Source: the human T2T-CHM13v2.0 reference genome, Homo sapiens
NCBI RefSeq assembly: GCF_009914755.1
Contig: NC_060928.1
Reading direction: 5' to 3' (one strand)
Length of the DNA: 64,000 nt
The position numbers were made by a program, and so were the translations under genes. The notes under the pieces are model-generated. The model was given only the letters and a program-made list of their open reading frames with translations, was not told the origin of the DNA and did not search any database. Shown piece after piece: positions 1-13,239 of the stretch. The first letter of the stretch is position 1. Each line of letters begins with the position of its first letter.

Positions 1-196
1 ATGGTGAGATTTTGGCTTCTAGTGTACCCAACACCCAGATAGTGAAGATTGTTCCCAATAGGTAAGTTTTCAATCTTCATTCCTCACCAGCTTCTCCCCT
101 TTTTGAGATCTTTGTGTCTACTATTTTGATCTTTATGTCCATGTGTACCCATAGTTCAGCTCCCACTTATGAGTGAGAACATGTGGTATTTGATTT
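1..196 (-). mobile_element. L1 3'UTR fragment (L1PB/L1PA16-like)
   Basis: ttcagctcccacttatgagtgagaacatgtggtatttg and agtgtacccaacacccagatagtg match the antisense L1 3' end. Confidence 0.75.
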
Positions 197-1714
197 TAAA
201 TTGATATTCTGATTCACTAGATTTGACATGGAACCCAAGAATTTTTATATCTAAGAAGCTCTTAGATTATACTGGTGCTGCTGCTGTTCTCAGTACAAGC
301 GGAGCAGCAAGATTATACAGTGGTATCTACTGACAAGTGAAAAAAATGTTACCAGAATATTCCTATATAGAAAAAACTATTCTAAAAGTTACATAAATTA
401 TCAACCATTTCTTTAAGAGATATGTAATACAAATATGTCGTATATATTTATATATAGGTATATAATATTTATATGCACTGTAAGTTGACATAAGCATAGT
501 TTGTGTGCATGGCTATCTCCTCAAATCTATTCTTCCTCTCCAACTTGGTTTTCATTTTGTATTCCTGATGCAGTTGAGAATTCTAAGAGCTTTGGAAGAA
601 GTTGTCAATCTTCTCTCCTCACTTTTTTCAGTTTGGTAAATATACATTTGAATCTGTCTTTTCCTTCTGGTAGGCAAGATCAATCAGGTTTTGGTCTGGA
701 TTGAAATTCAACTTTAGCAAACAATACAAAAGTGAAGGATATGCCTTAAAATACTGGCAGTGACTGTGGTAAGGTAGTGTGGTTGTGGTGTTTCCATTGA
801 ACTTGTATACACTTTTCCATTTTGGAGACAATATATCACTTCTATAACATAAAATACCTTACTATCTATGTATGAAAATGGCTTTTCTTATTGGAGGCAA
901 ATATTGCCTGATTTACTGAAAATTCTAAAAGGTGTGTAACCCTTGATTTGTTTCTGTATATGGTTACCTTTGTCTTTTCGTGTAGTACCTTCCTCAATTA
1001 AAAACATGCCAAAAAACAATACTTTTCCCTCTAGTTAATAGCACCACATCAAATTTCCCCATTGTTAGGGGAGATGATGGGCAACGGGGCCAGCTGAGTT
1101 ACAGCTATGTACAGAATGAATGAGTGAATGATCACATCTTAGCTGACGGGTGGAGTACAGCTTGGCAATCTGGAAGTGGGTGACACTTGAACATACAGGC
1201 TTGGAGATATTTGGTGTCAAGAAATAATTTGATACCATTGATTCTAATTCCTGGGCTAGAGGTCAGGATCAGAACTCTTATATGTGAGTAAGGCCCAGGA
1301 AAGAATAAGTTTCAGGGTTCCAGTTTTGAAGATGCTGTCGTTCTGGGTATTTTTGGAATCAGGGATTCCCATTCACTTACTATGCAGACCTTCCCAACAA
1401 GGTAAATCTTTTCAGTATCTAATTCCAGTGAAAATACTGTTAGGAAGCAGTTACAGGGGCAAAAAAGGAAACAAGGGAATACTCTAGTAATTCAAAACTT
1501 CAAATGTAAGATTGGGGCTGGACCAGAGTGAGGGTGATGGATACTGAATCTTGAGTATTGGGTTGGTGTTTCTTAAATTCTACCTGTTGGATTTGATTTT
1601 AGAATTTCCTGCTTGGGGTGAGGATGGTGGTGAGAGGTTTGTGCTTGCAGAAAGGAGGAAGTGTGAAGTTAGATGCAGAGACTGAAAATGAATTAGGTTT
1701 GTGTTTTTCAGTAT

Positions 1715-1850
1715 AGTACTAAAACCACCTGCATTTGGATCATTTTGACTGCTTACTAAAAATGCAGATTTTCAGACTAAGTGATTAAGTGTATGTCAAG
1801 GAATCTGCATGGTTGTGAAGTACCTCATCTGTGATAAGAACCACACATTT
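1715..1850. mobile_element. MER5-like hAT-Charlie fragment
   Basis: ttactaaaaatgcagatt...ggaatctgcat internal inverted motif typical of MER5. Confidence 0.5.
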
Positions 1851-1879
1851 CACAGAGCAAAGACATGCCCTCAAGATGA

Positions 1880-2410
1880 GCCTCTGTCTCAGAATGTCTT
1901 TTGCTTTCAGCTCTGCTGATACTCCCATCCTTTGTTATTCAGCTCAAATGCTATCCCTGTTGCAAAGCTATTCTCAATCTTCCTAGATGAAATATATCAA
2001 GTAGTCACTGATGCTTTCATGGTACTTTACTGTGTTTTGAATAAGTAAATATCCTTAAAATACCATTATTTGTACGTATGGCTCTACTTGCATTGGGGCA
2101 GTGCAATGTATCACAGTGGTCAGTCAGCCGGGATTTAAGGCTCAGGTCCACCTTTCATCTACTGTATAACTTTCATCAATTGTTTACTTTTAAAAAACGC
2201 TTTACTTTTTTATCTGTAAAACAGAGGTAGTTGTGAAAATTAAATGAATTAATGTAAATAAAGCACTTAACAGTGCGTGGCACATTGTGTATGCTCAAGA
2301 AACTTTTGTTATTATTATCTTCTAGGGTAATAAGGCACCTTATATTATTTTTTTGTCAAGCACCCTGTGAAAAAGTAGGCACTCAAGAGAATTGATTAAG
2401 TTGAATGAAA
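1880..2410 (+). mobile_element. L2 3' fragment interrupted by a MIR
   Basis: cagctcaaatgctatccct motif; terminal gtaggcactcaagagaattgattaagttgaatgaa is an L2 3' end. Confidence 0.5.
2097..2318 (+). mobile_element. MIR SINE
   Basis: MIR core tttatctgtaaaacagagg...gttgtgaaaattaaatga...aaagcacttaacagtgcgtggcacattg. Confidence 0.8.
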
Positions 2411-3231
2411 TTTATCTCATAAGACATGTATAAGCCCAGAGGGACAACATCCAAGGGGGAAAGACACACTTGGTTCTCTGGAAGAAATACATGAAAACGC
2501 ACAATGTAATATTTATGGTTTTGAATTTGAGAGTGTGACGGTGAGGAGATTTAATTTAAAGATACCATAAAGAGAAACTAGGGTGAAAGAATTGCCAGAG
2601 TTTTCAAAACACATCCTATAGTATATTTGATATGCTGCCATGTATGTCTTATAGAAAATAATTGCTACTAGCTAAATGACCTATACCCTTCCTGACTCTT
2701 TTAAAAGCAGAATGCTGGTTTAGAAGCATACCATGAAAGCAAATTCAGAACTATCAGGCAATGTCTCACTTCCTATTTGGCTTTTAGGATTCTGGTGTAT
2801 GGGAGCTCAATTTTCAAGTAACAGACATTTACTAATTAATAATAAAAGTAGTAAGGAAAGTAAATATAGGATATATGGGCTTTGTTTGATAATAAGATTT
2901 GTTAGTATATAAATTCAAGGAAAATTTTAATTATGTTTTCTACTTAATTACTTATATTTTTGCCTTTTTCCACAAAAGACTTATGGTCCCTATTTAGCTA
3001 TTTTGATAAAAAGCAGTTTTTTCCAAGCTCTTAAAATTTAGAATCAAAAAAATTTCTGTAAGTGGATCCATTTATATCTTCCATAATCCTGCTACTCATA
3101 GCTTAGCAAAATTCCTTACTTTAAAAAATTAGGTTTATTGCAACTTGTCAAAGAGCTGAATATGAAATAAATCTCATATAATTTTATATTATGTATCTAG
3201 ACATGTTTTTAATAAAAAACAAAGGCTATTA

Positions 3232-4035
3232 TTTTCTTTTTTTAAAACTTTAAAGTTCAAGGGTGTATGTGCACTTTTGTTGCATAAGTAAATTTATGTC
3301 ATGGGGGTTTGTTGTGCAGATTATTTCATTACCCAGTTATTAAGCCTAGTACCCACTAGTTATTTTTCGTGATCCTCTCCCTCCTCCCATCCTTCACTAT
3401 CTGACAGGCCTACTTTGTGTTGTTCCCCTCCGTGTGTCCGTGTGTTCTCATCATTTAGCTCCCACTTATAAGTGAGAATATGTGGTATTTGGTTTTCTGT
3501 GCCTGAGTTAGTTTGCTAAGGATAATGGCCTCCATCTCCATCCATGTCCCAGTGAAGAACGTGATCTCATTTTTTATGGCTGCATAGTATTCCATGGTGT
3601 ATATGTACCACATTTTCTTTAGCCAGTTTATCATGGATGGGCATTTAGGTTGATTCCAGGTCTTCGTTATTGTGCATAGTGTTGCAATAAACATACATGT
3701 GCATGTCTTTATAATAGAACAATGTATAGTCCTTTGTATATACTCAGTAATGGGATTGTTGGGTCGAATGGTATTTCTGTCTTTAGGTCTTTGAGGAATC
3801 ACCACACTGTCTTCTACAATGGCTGAACTAATTTACACTTCCACCAACAGGGTATAAATGTTTCTTTTTCTCTACAATCTTGCCAGCATCTGTTATTTTT
3901 TAACTTTTTAGTAATAGCCATTTGGACTGGTATAAGATGATATCTCATTGTGGTTTTGATTTGCATTTCTCTAATGATCAGTGATGTTGAGCTTTATTTC
4001 ATATGATTGTTGGCCGCATGTATGTCTTTATTTTC
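3232..4035 (-). mobile_element. 5'-truncated L1PA (L1PA13-15-like) 3' end
   Basis: T-rich tail at the left; ORF 3455-3805 gives the ORF2 C-terminus ([13 protein letters not shown]...MEYYAAIK); L1PA 3'UTR. Confidence 0.9.
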
Positions 4036-4499
4036 AATGATAAAAATACATATGACTTTATTGATCAAGAGTTAGTGAACAGTTTCAAGGAACCATTGGA
4101 TAATACTGCTTTGTTGGTGTGTAGTGTGAGCTGGAGGAAATGATCATTTCAAAATTTGTAAAAGATTTCTATGTTATTTAAAATATTCTTTTTGTGTCAT
4201 GGCTGATATTCTCTGTTTAACAAACGTTGAGAGTAAAAGCACTTGCATTCCTACAATAAAATATTATTTTCAGATTAAATGTTAAGACTTCAGGACACAA
4301 GTGTAGTAAAATGGGCTAATAAAACCATATTAAAGTTTGAGCCTATGCAGCAGTATGCAGGCACAGATGGCCTTGGCTGGTACAGAGGCTCCACCTTGTA
4401 TTTTCTAGGCCTGCTGTGTTTTCAGACAAAGATCTCCAAAGGCAAAGGGTTTTCTTCAGAAAAATCTCAAAGCCATGTCTCTGTAAAACACCAGTATCT

Positions 4500-6900
4500 C
4501 TACTTCCAGTTTACAGTCATGATGGAGTAATGGGGACCAGATTTACTCTCCTGCCTAAAACAGTTTTAAAAGTAGCCAAAAATGGAAGAAACATTTTCAC
4601 CTTGGCAGTAGGTAATAAAAAGGAAATAAATAAGATGAGCTTTTGATTCTCCAGTTTACTGCCTGGAGAGAGTTTACAGGCTACAGAGCAGGAAAAGCAA
4701 GCTCATACTGAGCCTGGAGAGGTTTTTGAGTTGAGAAAACAGAGTTAAGAAGTTTCAAGATATCAAGGCAGCTAAAAGCCATGCAATAGGGTACTGGGGA
4801 TGAGGGAGTTGCACAGAGGTATAATTCTAGCAATCTGCCAAAGATTCCTCCTTGAGTGTTCAGATGAGTACTGAACAGTGCTTATATATGATGAAATTAC
4901 CCAACACTGGAAAAGAATCACAGGCAAGGAGCTAGTAGAAGAATCCCTGATGGTTACAGAGTTGGGAATAGGTTGTATCTTACCAGCCACAGAAGAAAAA
5001 TACATGGATATTAGTCAGAATACTCAGAAGGGTAATGCTTCAGTAATGGGGCAAAATTAGCTCTGCACCAATGGCCACAGTCTTGCCTAATGAAGCCTAA
5101 AAGAAAACCTCAAAGGGATGAAACATTCCAACCAATTTAACAATGTTACAGAAAAAAAACTCAGGAATATGAAAATATCCAGCACCCAAAAGGTAAAATT
5201 CATAATGTCTGACTTGCAAAGAATCAGAAAAAATAGGACTCATCACAAAGAGAAAAATAATCAATTGAAAGAGATCTGTAAATGGCACAGATGATGGAAG
5301 TAGTAGACAAGGACATTAAAACCCTGTTACAACTCTACTCCATATGCTCAAGAAAGTAGAGGAAAGCATGAGTATGATGGTAAGGAAATTAAAAGATGTG
5401 AAAAAAGACCCGAATAAAATTCTAGAGATGAAAAATACGAGGTTTGAAATGTATGCATTGAATTAACAGTAGATTAGATACTGCAGAACAAAAGACTTAT
5501 GAGTTTGAAGAAATTGCAATAGAAACAATGCGAAATGAAACACAGTGAGAAAGAGTGGGGAAAAAATGAAAAGAGTATCAGTAAGCCTTAGAAAAACTTC
5601 AGGTGGCCTAATACATGGGAAATTAGAATCCTCAAAAGAGAGGTGAGAGGGACTAGGATGGAAAAAAATATTTGTAGAAATAATGGCTGAACACTTCTTC
5701 AAAATTGATAAAAGCTAACCTACAGATCCAAGAAGCTTAACAAGTTCTACATGTAAGAAATATGAAGAATATTTACCCCAGGCACATCATAATCAAAATG
5801 CCTAATAGTAGTGATAAAATAAAAATAGGAAAAATAGCTGGGTGGGACAGAATACATTATGTATAGAGAAATGAAGTAAAAAATAATAGTGACTTTTTTT
5901 TCAGAAACAATGCAGAGTAGAAGACAATGAGTGTAGGGAGTGACATATTTAAAGTACTGAAAGAAAAAAATTTTAAAAACCTGTCAACTTAAATATATAA
6001 CCCAGCAAAAAATATTTTAAAAACAAGATAAAAATAGATACATTTTTAGATGTATAAAAGCTGAAAAAATTTAACATCGTCAGATTTACACTACATGAAA
6101 TGTTAAAATGTTGCTTCACAGGCAAGAGGAAAAAAGTACCAGAAGTAACTGAATTGACACAAATAAACGAAGAGCTACTGAAATGGTGAATATGTGGGTA
6201 AATATAAAGGACAGAAACAAAACTCTCAAATGCTGCTATTGGAAATATAAAATAGTACGATAACTTTGGTAAACAGTTTGGCAGTCATTTTGTTAAATTA
6301 CCCATCACTTACCATATATATAAACCATTCATTCTATTACTGGGTGTTTACTCAATAGAAAAGAAATAAGACTTTTAAATTATTATTTATAGTATTTTTA
6401 TTCAAGATAACTGAAAACTAGAAACAACCCATACAACTATCAACAGGTAAAGGAAGAAACAAATTTTGTGATGCGTCCATATAATGAAATTGAATACTAC
6501 TACAGTATAAGTATCAATATGTTTCAAACAACAGTAATAAAAAGCAATAAATTATTGATAAATGCAATAAAATGGATGAATCTCAAAATTTGTTTCTGCC
6601 TCATATAGGCTAAATGGGATGCATACTTTATGATCCTATTTATATAAAATTCTATAAAATGTAAACTAATCTAAAATGACAAGAAGCAGATTAGTGTTTG
6701 AGGATTTGGAGTTCAGAGAAAGGGCTGAATTACAATGGGACAAGAAGAAACTTTTGGGGTTGATATATGTATTATATGTATTCATTATCTTGATTGTGCA
6801 GATGGCTTAATAGGTATGTCAACATCAAAATTTGTTAAAGTGTACACTTTATAAGAAGTTTTATTGTGTAATAATCATACCTCAGAAAAGCTATAAAAAT
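4500..6900 (+). mobile_element. Old L1M (L1MD/L1ME-like): 5'UTR and ORF1 remnant joined at ~6212 to the ORF2 C-terminus/3'UTR
   Basis: ORF1-like aatatttgtagaaataatggctgaa...cctacagatccaagaagc; 3' end ttattgtgtaataatcatacctcagaaaagct. Confidence 0.65.
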
Positions 6901-7484
6901 TTATATTAAATATATCTACTTTTACCTTTTTCTGTCACACACGGGTTTATCACTCACATAACAAGTACATGGTAGGATAAAAGAGAGATAATACCACTAA
7001 CTATCATATGTGCAGTTCTGCTTCATCAAAGATCTCAGTGTGCTTTTACATTCATTACTAAATGTAGTACATGCCTTAGCCAGAATGTGATTCAGATGTG
7101 TGGCCATATTAGGCCAGTTAGCATGGTGGGCCAATTATCATTGCATTCACATGAAGATTGAGAAGGATGTTGCAAAGTTCATCCTGAAGGAAGGAGGAAG
7201 CAGACATGATAAGCTTGATCTAGCAAGAAAATCTTAATGAGTCTCTGAGAGTCAGGGACAATGAAGAAAACATGCCAGGGTGTCTCATTCCTGTCTGTAT
7301 TATTCAGCACTGGCTGCTATAACAAAAGATCAAAGACTGCGTGGCTTCAACAACAGAAATTTGTTTATTATGGTTCTGGAGGCTGGGAAGTTTAAGATCA
7401 AGGTGATAGCAAGGTAGATTTCATTCTGAAGCCTCTTCTCTTGGCTTGTAGGGTACTGCCATCTCACTGTATGCTCGCATGACC

Positions 7485-7544
7485 TTTTTTCTTTCTTTCT
7501 TTCTCTCTCTTTCTTTCTTTCTCTCTCTCTCTCTCTCTTTCTTT

Positions 7545-7619
<75 letters not shown>

Positions 7620-7682
7620 CTTTCTTTCTCCTTCCTTCCCTCCCTCCTTCCTTCCTTCCTTCTTTCTTTTTTTTTCTTTTTC
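7485..7682. repeat. Compound (TTTC)n/(TC)n/(TTCC)n microsatellite derived from the Alu tail
   Basis: Pure pyrimidine tract directly abutting the Alu 3' end. Confidence 0.95.
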
Positions 7683-7965
7683 GAGATGAAGTCTCACTCT
7701 GTTGCTTAGGCTGGAGTGCAGTAGCACCATCTCAGCTCACTGTAACTTCCGCTTCCTACATTCAAGTGATTCTCCTGCCTCAGCCTCCTGAGTAGCTGGG
7801 ACTACAGGCACGTGCCACCACATCCGGCTAATTTTTTTGTATTATTAGAAGAGACAGGGTTTCACCATGTTGACCAGGCTGGTCTCAAACTCCTGACTCA
7901 AGTGATCTGCCCACCTTGGCCTCTCAAAGTGTGGGGATTACAGTCGTGAGCCACTGTACACAGTC
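7683..7965 (-). mobile_element. AluS (Sx/Sz-like)
   Basis: Full dimer; TSD tcgcatgaccttttt (7475-7489) / tcacatgaccttttc (7966-7980). Confidence 0.95.
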
Positions 7966-8254
7966 TCACATGACCTTTTCTTTGTGTGTGTGTGGAAAGA
8001 AAGAGTGAGTGAGCGAGAGAGATCTCTAGTGTCTCCTCCTCTGCTTCTAAGGATATCAGTTCTATTGCATTGGGGCCCTACCCTATTACCTCATTTAATC
8101 TTAATGACCTCTTTGAAGGCCCCTTCTCCAAATACAGTCACATTGGGAGTTAGAGCTTCAACATATGAATTTGTGAGGGTCATGGGGGACACAATTCAGT
8201 CCATAGCACCTTCTGTAATTGGACTGCTGCAGATAGAAGCAATTTGAATAGCAT

Positions 8255-8365
8255 TTTCCTTCCTTCCTTTGTTCCTTCCTTCCTTCCTTCTTTCCTCCCT
8301 CCTTCCTTCCCTCCCTCCCTTCCTCCTCCCTGCCTTCCTGCCTTCCGGGCTTCCTTCCTTTTCTT
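8255..8365. repeat. (TTCC)n low-complexity repeat
   Basis: Direct reading; sits at the tail position of the adjacent minus-strand L2. Confidence 0.9.
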
Positions 8366-8369
8366 CTGA

Positions 8370-10540
8370 CTTAATCATCAACACTGAAGGAATAATATAT
8401 GTAAGACACTCTTCTAAATGTTAAAGATAAAGAAGTAAATAACTTAAAGTCCTTGATCTCACTAAGCTTACAATGAGAGAGGACAAGAAATAATATAAAA
8501 AATCCAAATGGATGTGTAAAAGAAAGTCTTATAAGTATAAATGCCAGTAAGAAGTGAAGCAGAATAAAGGAATAGAGGGTGATGGGGCAGAGCAGTGTAG
8601 ATATGTAAGACTGGAATAATCAGTAAATGTCACTTAGCTAATCTTTGAGGAGAACCCTCATAAAGGGAGGGAAGAAGTCAGGCCAGAGGGTGTTATTAAA
8701 CAGAGACTAGTCAGTGCTAAGGTCCTGAGGGTGAAGTTTTATTGGTGTGTTTGAAGAACAACAAAGGGGCCAGTGAAGAGAGCAAATTGAAAAGTAGTTG
8801 GAGAATAATGTGAAGATATAATAAAGTCCAGGTGATATAGAAATTATAAGAAATGTTAAGAATTTGGATTTGGTTCCAATTATCATCAGAAATCATTAGC
8901 ATTTTGCATAGAAAAAGGGCTCAGTGTGAGTCATATTTTAGAAAAATCATTCAGTCTTTTGTAGAGAACAAAGCAATGGCAGCAAAATTGGAAGTAATAA
9001 GACTAGTTAGAAGGCTATTAAAGTAATTTTAGACAAGACATAATTGCCGATTTTACTAGATGGGAGCCATGAGTATGGTAATAACTGGGATTTGGAATGT
9101 ATTTTGATGGTAGACCCACCACCCTTAATGATGGATAGGATGTGTGTTATGAGGTAAACATAATAGCAAAGGCAACTTTTAATTTTTGTTCTGAGGTACT
9201 GAGTGAATTGTGGTGTCATTTACTAAGGTGGGGGAACATTAAGAGAGAAGCAAGCCTTAGGAGAAAAATCAAAGTAATGTTTGGAAGCTGTTAGGTTATG
9301 GATATGTAATAGATATTAAAGTAGTCAGTTGGATATATGAGTCTGAAGCTCAGGGGTGATGAAGAAATTGGAGATATAAATTTGGGAGTTATAATGAAGA
9401 GATAGTATTTAATGTGATGAAACTTGATGGTATCACTACAGTAGGCATCTAGTCAGAAAAACAGAAACAGGGTACTCAGCAGAGGATATTTAATTTAGGC
9501 AACTGGTTGTACAAGTGTTAAAGGCTGAAAGAACAAAATGGGAGCATCAAGGTACTCTATAGGTGATCACTGCAAGAAGAAGTTGCCAACAGATAGGAAT
9601 GAGAGAAGAAAAAGGGGGAAATAGGGTTTTGGGGAAGAAATTCCTCAGATAATGTTCAAACCACCAAGAATGGAGTCCAGCCTGGCTGCTGTTACTACAA
9701 CTAAAGGACACAACGAGGCTAGTTGAGGGGATCCTGAAATAATCCAGCACTCCAACATTTAAAGGTTGGGAAGAGGTGAATCTGCAAGATGATTCAGGAT
9801 AAATAGTCTATGAGGTAGAAGGAAAGTAGGAGAGGGTAAACTCCTAGAAGCTAAGTGGGGAAAAAAAGACTTTCAAAAAGGAGGAAGTATCATGTCAAAT
9901 ACTGTTTAATGGTCACATAAAAGTTGGTCACATAAGTTGGAAACTGAAAATTAACTATTGGATTTGATAAAATGGAAGTCGTTGATTGCCTTGACAACAG
10001 TGGATGCATAAGGGTTATGGGGATAAAGTCTAGCTGAGGTGAATTCAAGTAAGAGTAGAAAATATGGCAGTGAGTATATGGAAATAAGTTTTTCAGGGAA
10101 TTTTGTAATAAGTTGGAGAAAGGAAGTAGGGCAATAGTAAAAAAAAAACATGTGAAGGTAAGGTTTTTTGTTTTTCTTTTAATGTCAGATATGACAAATT
10201 CATTTGTTGTTGAAAAAAATAATTGAGAGGGAAAAGGTTGATTACAAGAGAGAGAAAAGGGTAATTGCCAGAGCAAAATCCTTGAGTCACTGGGAGATAA
10301 AGGATATAGTATACATGTTGAGGGATTGAGCATTCATTTACTTCAACAAGAAAGAATTCGGGGACTATGGGTACAGACAATGGAGGGTTGGCTGATTTTG
10401 TAGTAGGAAGATGAGGAAGTTCTCTTGATTATTTCTGTTTTCTGAGGGCATTACAATGTACCGCAGTCTTCTAAAAGTTAAGAAGAGGGGGTGAATGAGG
10501 TTTGGGAAACTGTAAAATTGTAATTTTGAGGCAGAGCTCA
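8370..10540 (-). mobile_element. Long L2 (L2a-like) including an RT remnant
   Basis: ORF 9951-10151 peptide LYPHNPYASTVVKAINDFHFIKSNS resembles the L2 RT motif F.PHHSTETALVKVTNDL.IAKSNG; gatatatgagtctgaagctcagg and gatataaatttgggagt are L2 motifs. Confidence 0.8.
9445..9745 (-). mobile_element. Probable old ERVL-class LTR fragment inside the L2
   Basis: agtcagaaaaacagaaac...atttaatttaggcaactggttgtaca interrupts otherwise continuous L2 sequence. Confidence 0.4.
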
Positions 10541-10559
10541 CTTGAAGTTAGTAGTTCTA

Positions 10560-10956
10560 TCTGTGGAAAAAGTTGAGGTTGTGGAACCTGTATCATTCTA
10601 GATACAGAAAATTAGGCATAAACTGTACGTAAAAATTTAAAAATAATAAACCAATTAAAACTTGGTTGTTTTTTACTATCACTGTGTTTAAGCATTCTAA
10701 ACAATGTCAATGATAAAGCACTCCTCCCTGAAAAGAATCTTTTATTCATCTAAATCCTAATATAAACAATCGCTATGATTACTTTTGAGTTTTAACAGTA
10801 CATATTTAAGTTCATTTTAGCACATGAAAATGTGCTGAATTGCTAGATGTATTTAATATTTAATAAATATTGTAGTTTATATGGAAGCTATTTTGGAAAA
10901 CTTGTATTTTAAAAATTGGCCCCTGCGCTCTAACACAGGCAGACTTAGCTTCACTG
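10560..10956 (+). mobile_element. MER97-like hAT-Tip100 element (internally deleted)
   Basis: attctaaacaatgtcaatgataaagcactcctccc...ttttagcacat matches MER97; ends cactg. Confidence 0.7.
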
Positions 10957-11887
10957 GTTCCTTTAGTATTCTAAAATGGTATCATTCAAGCTTGCTTCAG
11001 GCAAGTTCACATCTATATGTATTCCTGTGTTTAGTAGATTTGAAGTAAACAATAGCCCAGTGATTGTAAAGACAACAGAACTTGAGTTATTTCAATTCCG
11101 TCTCTCTCTGTGACCCCTTGGAGTTTTTAGTAGTGTTTAAAATTTACAACAGTGGAACAGAGTTCAAATTGCAAGTTGTTTTAGTTTTGTTGAAGAATTC
11201 AACTTTTAGTTCATCCATAAAATAGATTAATTCTCAGTCATAATATTACGGAACATAATTTTGTTATATGGAGGAAGAGAATGTGGTAAAACATGACCCA
11301 TTCCTGGTGTCGATATGCCACGTGCAACATTGGTTGTCATGAATCTTAAACTCAACTAGCATGTTTATATGTCCACCCAACTCAACAAAATGTTTAGCTG
11401 TAGAGTCACCCCACATCCTACTCCCTACCATTCAGGGGCTTTGAGGTAGAGGACAACATGCCATAGGCAGAGTGGAATATGAGAAGTCAGTTCATAAACA
11501 TATTTGAGACACTGAGAATTTAAAGGAAGTGGGGACCAAAATTCTATATAATGGATTTGGGAGAAGTGAGCAAATACATTCTAAATTGCTACTGTTAATT
11601 TGCTTTTGCTTGTACCTCTAGGCCAGTCAAGGTTGGAAAACTTGGGTTATATTTATTTGTGCCATATACTATTTGTGCCGTTATCCTATTTTTCTTTGAG
11701 GTGTACAATGGAGTAGGTAAAATGTTTAAATATATCTGATTAACAAAATTGATAAATGAGATTTTAACTCAGACTTACATATTTTCTATTTGGTGTTTTA
11801 TACACTAAAATAGGTCAAAATACATGGTATGTAGAAACTATGAAATAAACTTATTTTATTGTACTCAGTACTAATTAGATGCTCATT

Positions 11888-11980
11888 GCTGTCATCTGAA
11901 TGTTCATATCCTTCCAAAATTCATGTTGAAACTTAGTCTTCAATGTAATAGTATTAAGAGGCATGGCCTTGAGAGGTGAG
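11888..11980 (+). mobile_element. MaLR LTR 5' fragment (MST/MLT1A-like)
   Basis: ctgaatgttcatatccttccaaaattcatgttgaaactta...agtattaagagg. Confidence 0.65.
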
Positions 11981-13239
11981 CTTAGTTATTTTTACTACAA
12001 AATTAAAACAACTATTAGTACCCAGGATTAGTTTCCTTAATTTGTAAAAACTTTATTAAAGTTAGGTAGGAAACCCAAAGTTATACAGCAGTAGAAAATA
12101 ATAAAGGCAAAAATGGGATTCTATAGGTGAGCTAACAGACTTCAATAAGAATCAACTTTCCACTTTCATTGCATTGGATGTGTAGACATTTTCTACTGTA
12201 CTTCTAATCAAGGGCATTCATAGAGATAAGCTACGAGTTTGCCAGAGAGATCGGCCAGAAGCTACTCCAGGCAGCAACATGTAAGGAAGATATCCTGTCA
12301 GAGATTTAGTGAGACTGGTTCCACCTATAGGTTCTGATTGTAGCCAGCCATGTTGGCTTACTTACCTTTTTGATTCTGCAGTAAAAATCTTATTTAAAAT
12401 AATAGTCTTGCTTCTCCTATTCTCTAGGGAGACCTTGACAGAAAGTTCTATGCTTAGGTTAGAGCGCTAATGGGAAGACAGTGACTGCCCCTCCTCCCTT
12501 TCAGCTGCCCTCCCATTCTCCAGGAACACAGTCAAGGCAAGTTGGGTGGTAGTGCTGGTGGCCAAGGGAGCCCTGTGAGCTGGTACTACAGGAAGCGACA
12601 AGCACAGGAAAATTCAGTGGGAAGACACAATTCTGGGTCCTCTCTCAAGGATACTACACCATAGAGGGTGTGAGTAGCTAGGTCTTAAGGAGACAAGGAA
12701 GTGATTACAAACATATCATTCCCCAAGCATATCTCAGACTAAAAGAAAATTGCAGTGGTGGCATCATTTTGTTTGTGGGTGCAGCTATCATTTGCTAAAT
12801 TGGAGACATTTGACTTCGGCTCTTAAGAATTGTACTGTTGTTTATAGAAACAAATCTTACATTTAAAACTTAAAATAAAATAAACCAGATTTTGATCTTC
12901 CTTACATAATCCAATTTTCAAAAAACAGCAAATAACAACTTTTTTCCAAACTGAAATTTGAAGCATATGTGTTGGTGAGCACCTGTTCTAGAAGCAGCAT
13001 GTATCTACTTGACCTAATTCCATTCTGTATGTCAGCCTGCAATGCAATAGGAAGTCCATAGAGAAGATAAACAGAAAGGTTAGTGTGCAGTCTCCCTCTG
13101 CCACTAGGAAATAAATGGCAGAAGAGTCAGTCAATCCTGTAAGTTTCCACTATTTTCCATTTTTTAGCTAGAAGGAAAGGGAGCAATGTAATCAAGCAGA
13201 GACCAGAGAGCAAAAATAAAAAATAAAAAGAATAATCAA

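Larger units (their letters stand above)
7296..8208 (-). mobile_element. MLT1A-type MaLR solo LTR split by an Alu
   Basis: ggctgctataacaaaa...ggttctggaggctgggaagtttaagatcaagg; ends gggacacaattcagtccatagca. Confidence 0.8.

Noticed and set aside
7464-7730. K/E/R-rich and F/L/S-rich ORFs
   Set aside because: Translations of the (TTTC)n microsatellite and Alu
9890-10380. Overlapping minus-strand ORFs up to 147 aa
   Set aside because: Frameshifted L2 RT remnants, not a host gene
12361-12378. Strong minus-strand donor aag|gtaagt with a nearby cag (10-nt microexon)
   Set aside because: Not frame-preserving, weak pyrimidine tract, expected by chance in 64 kb
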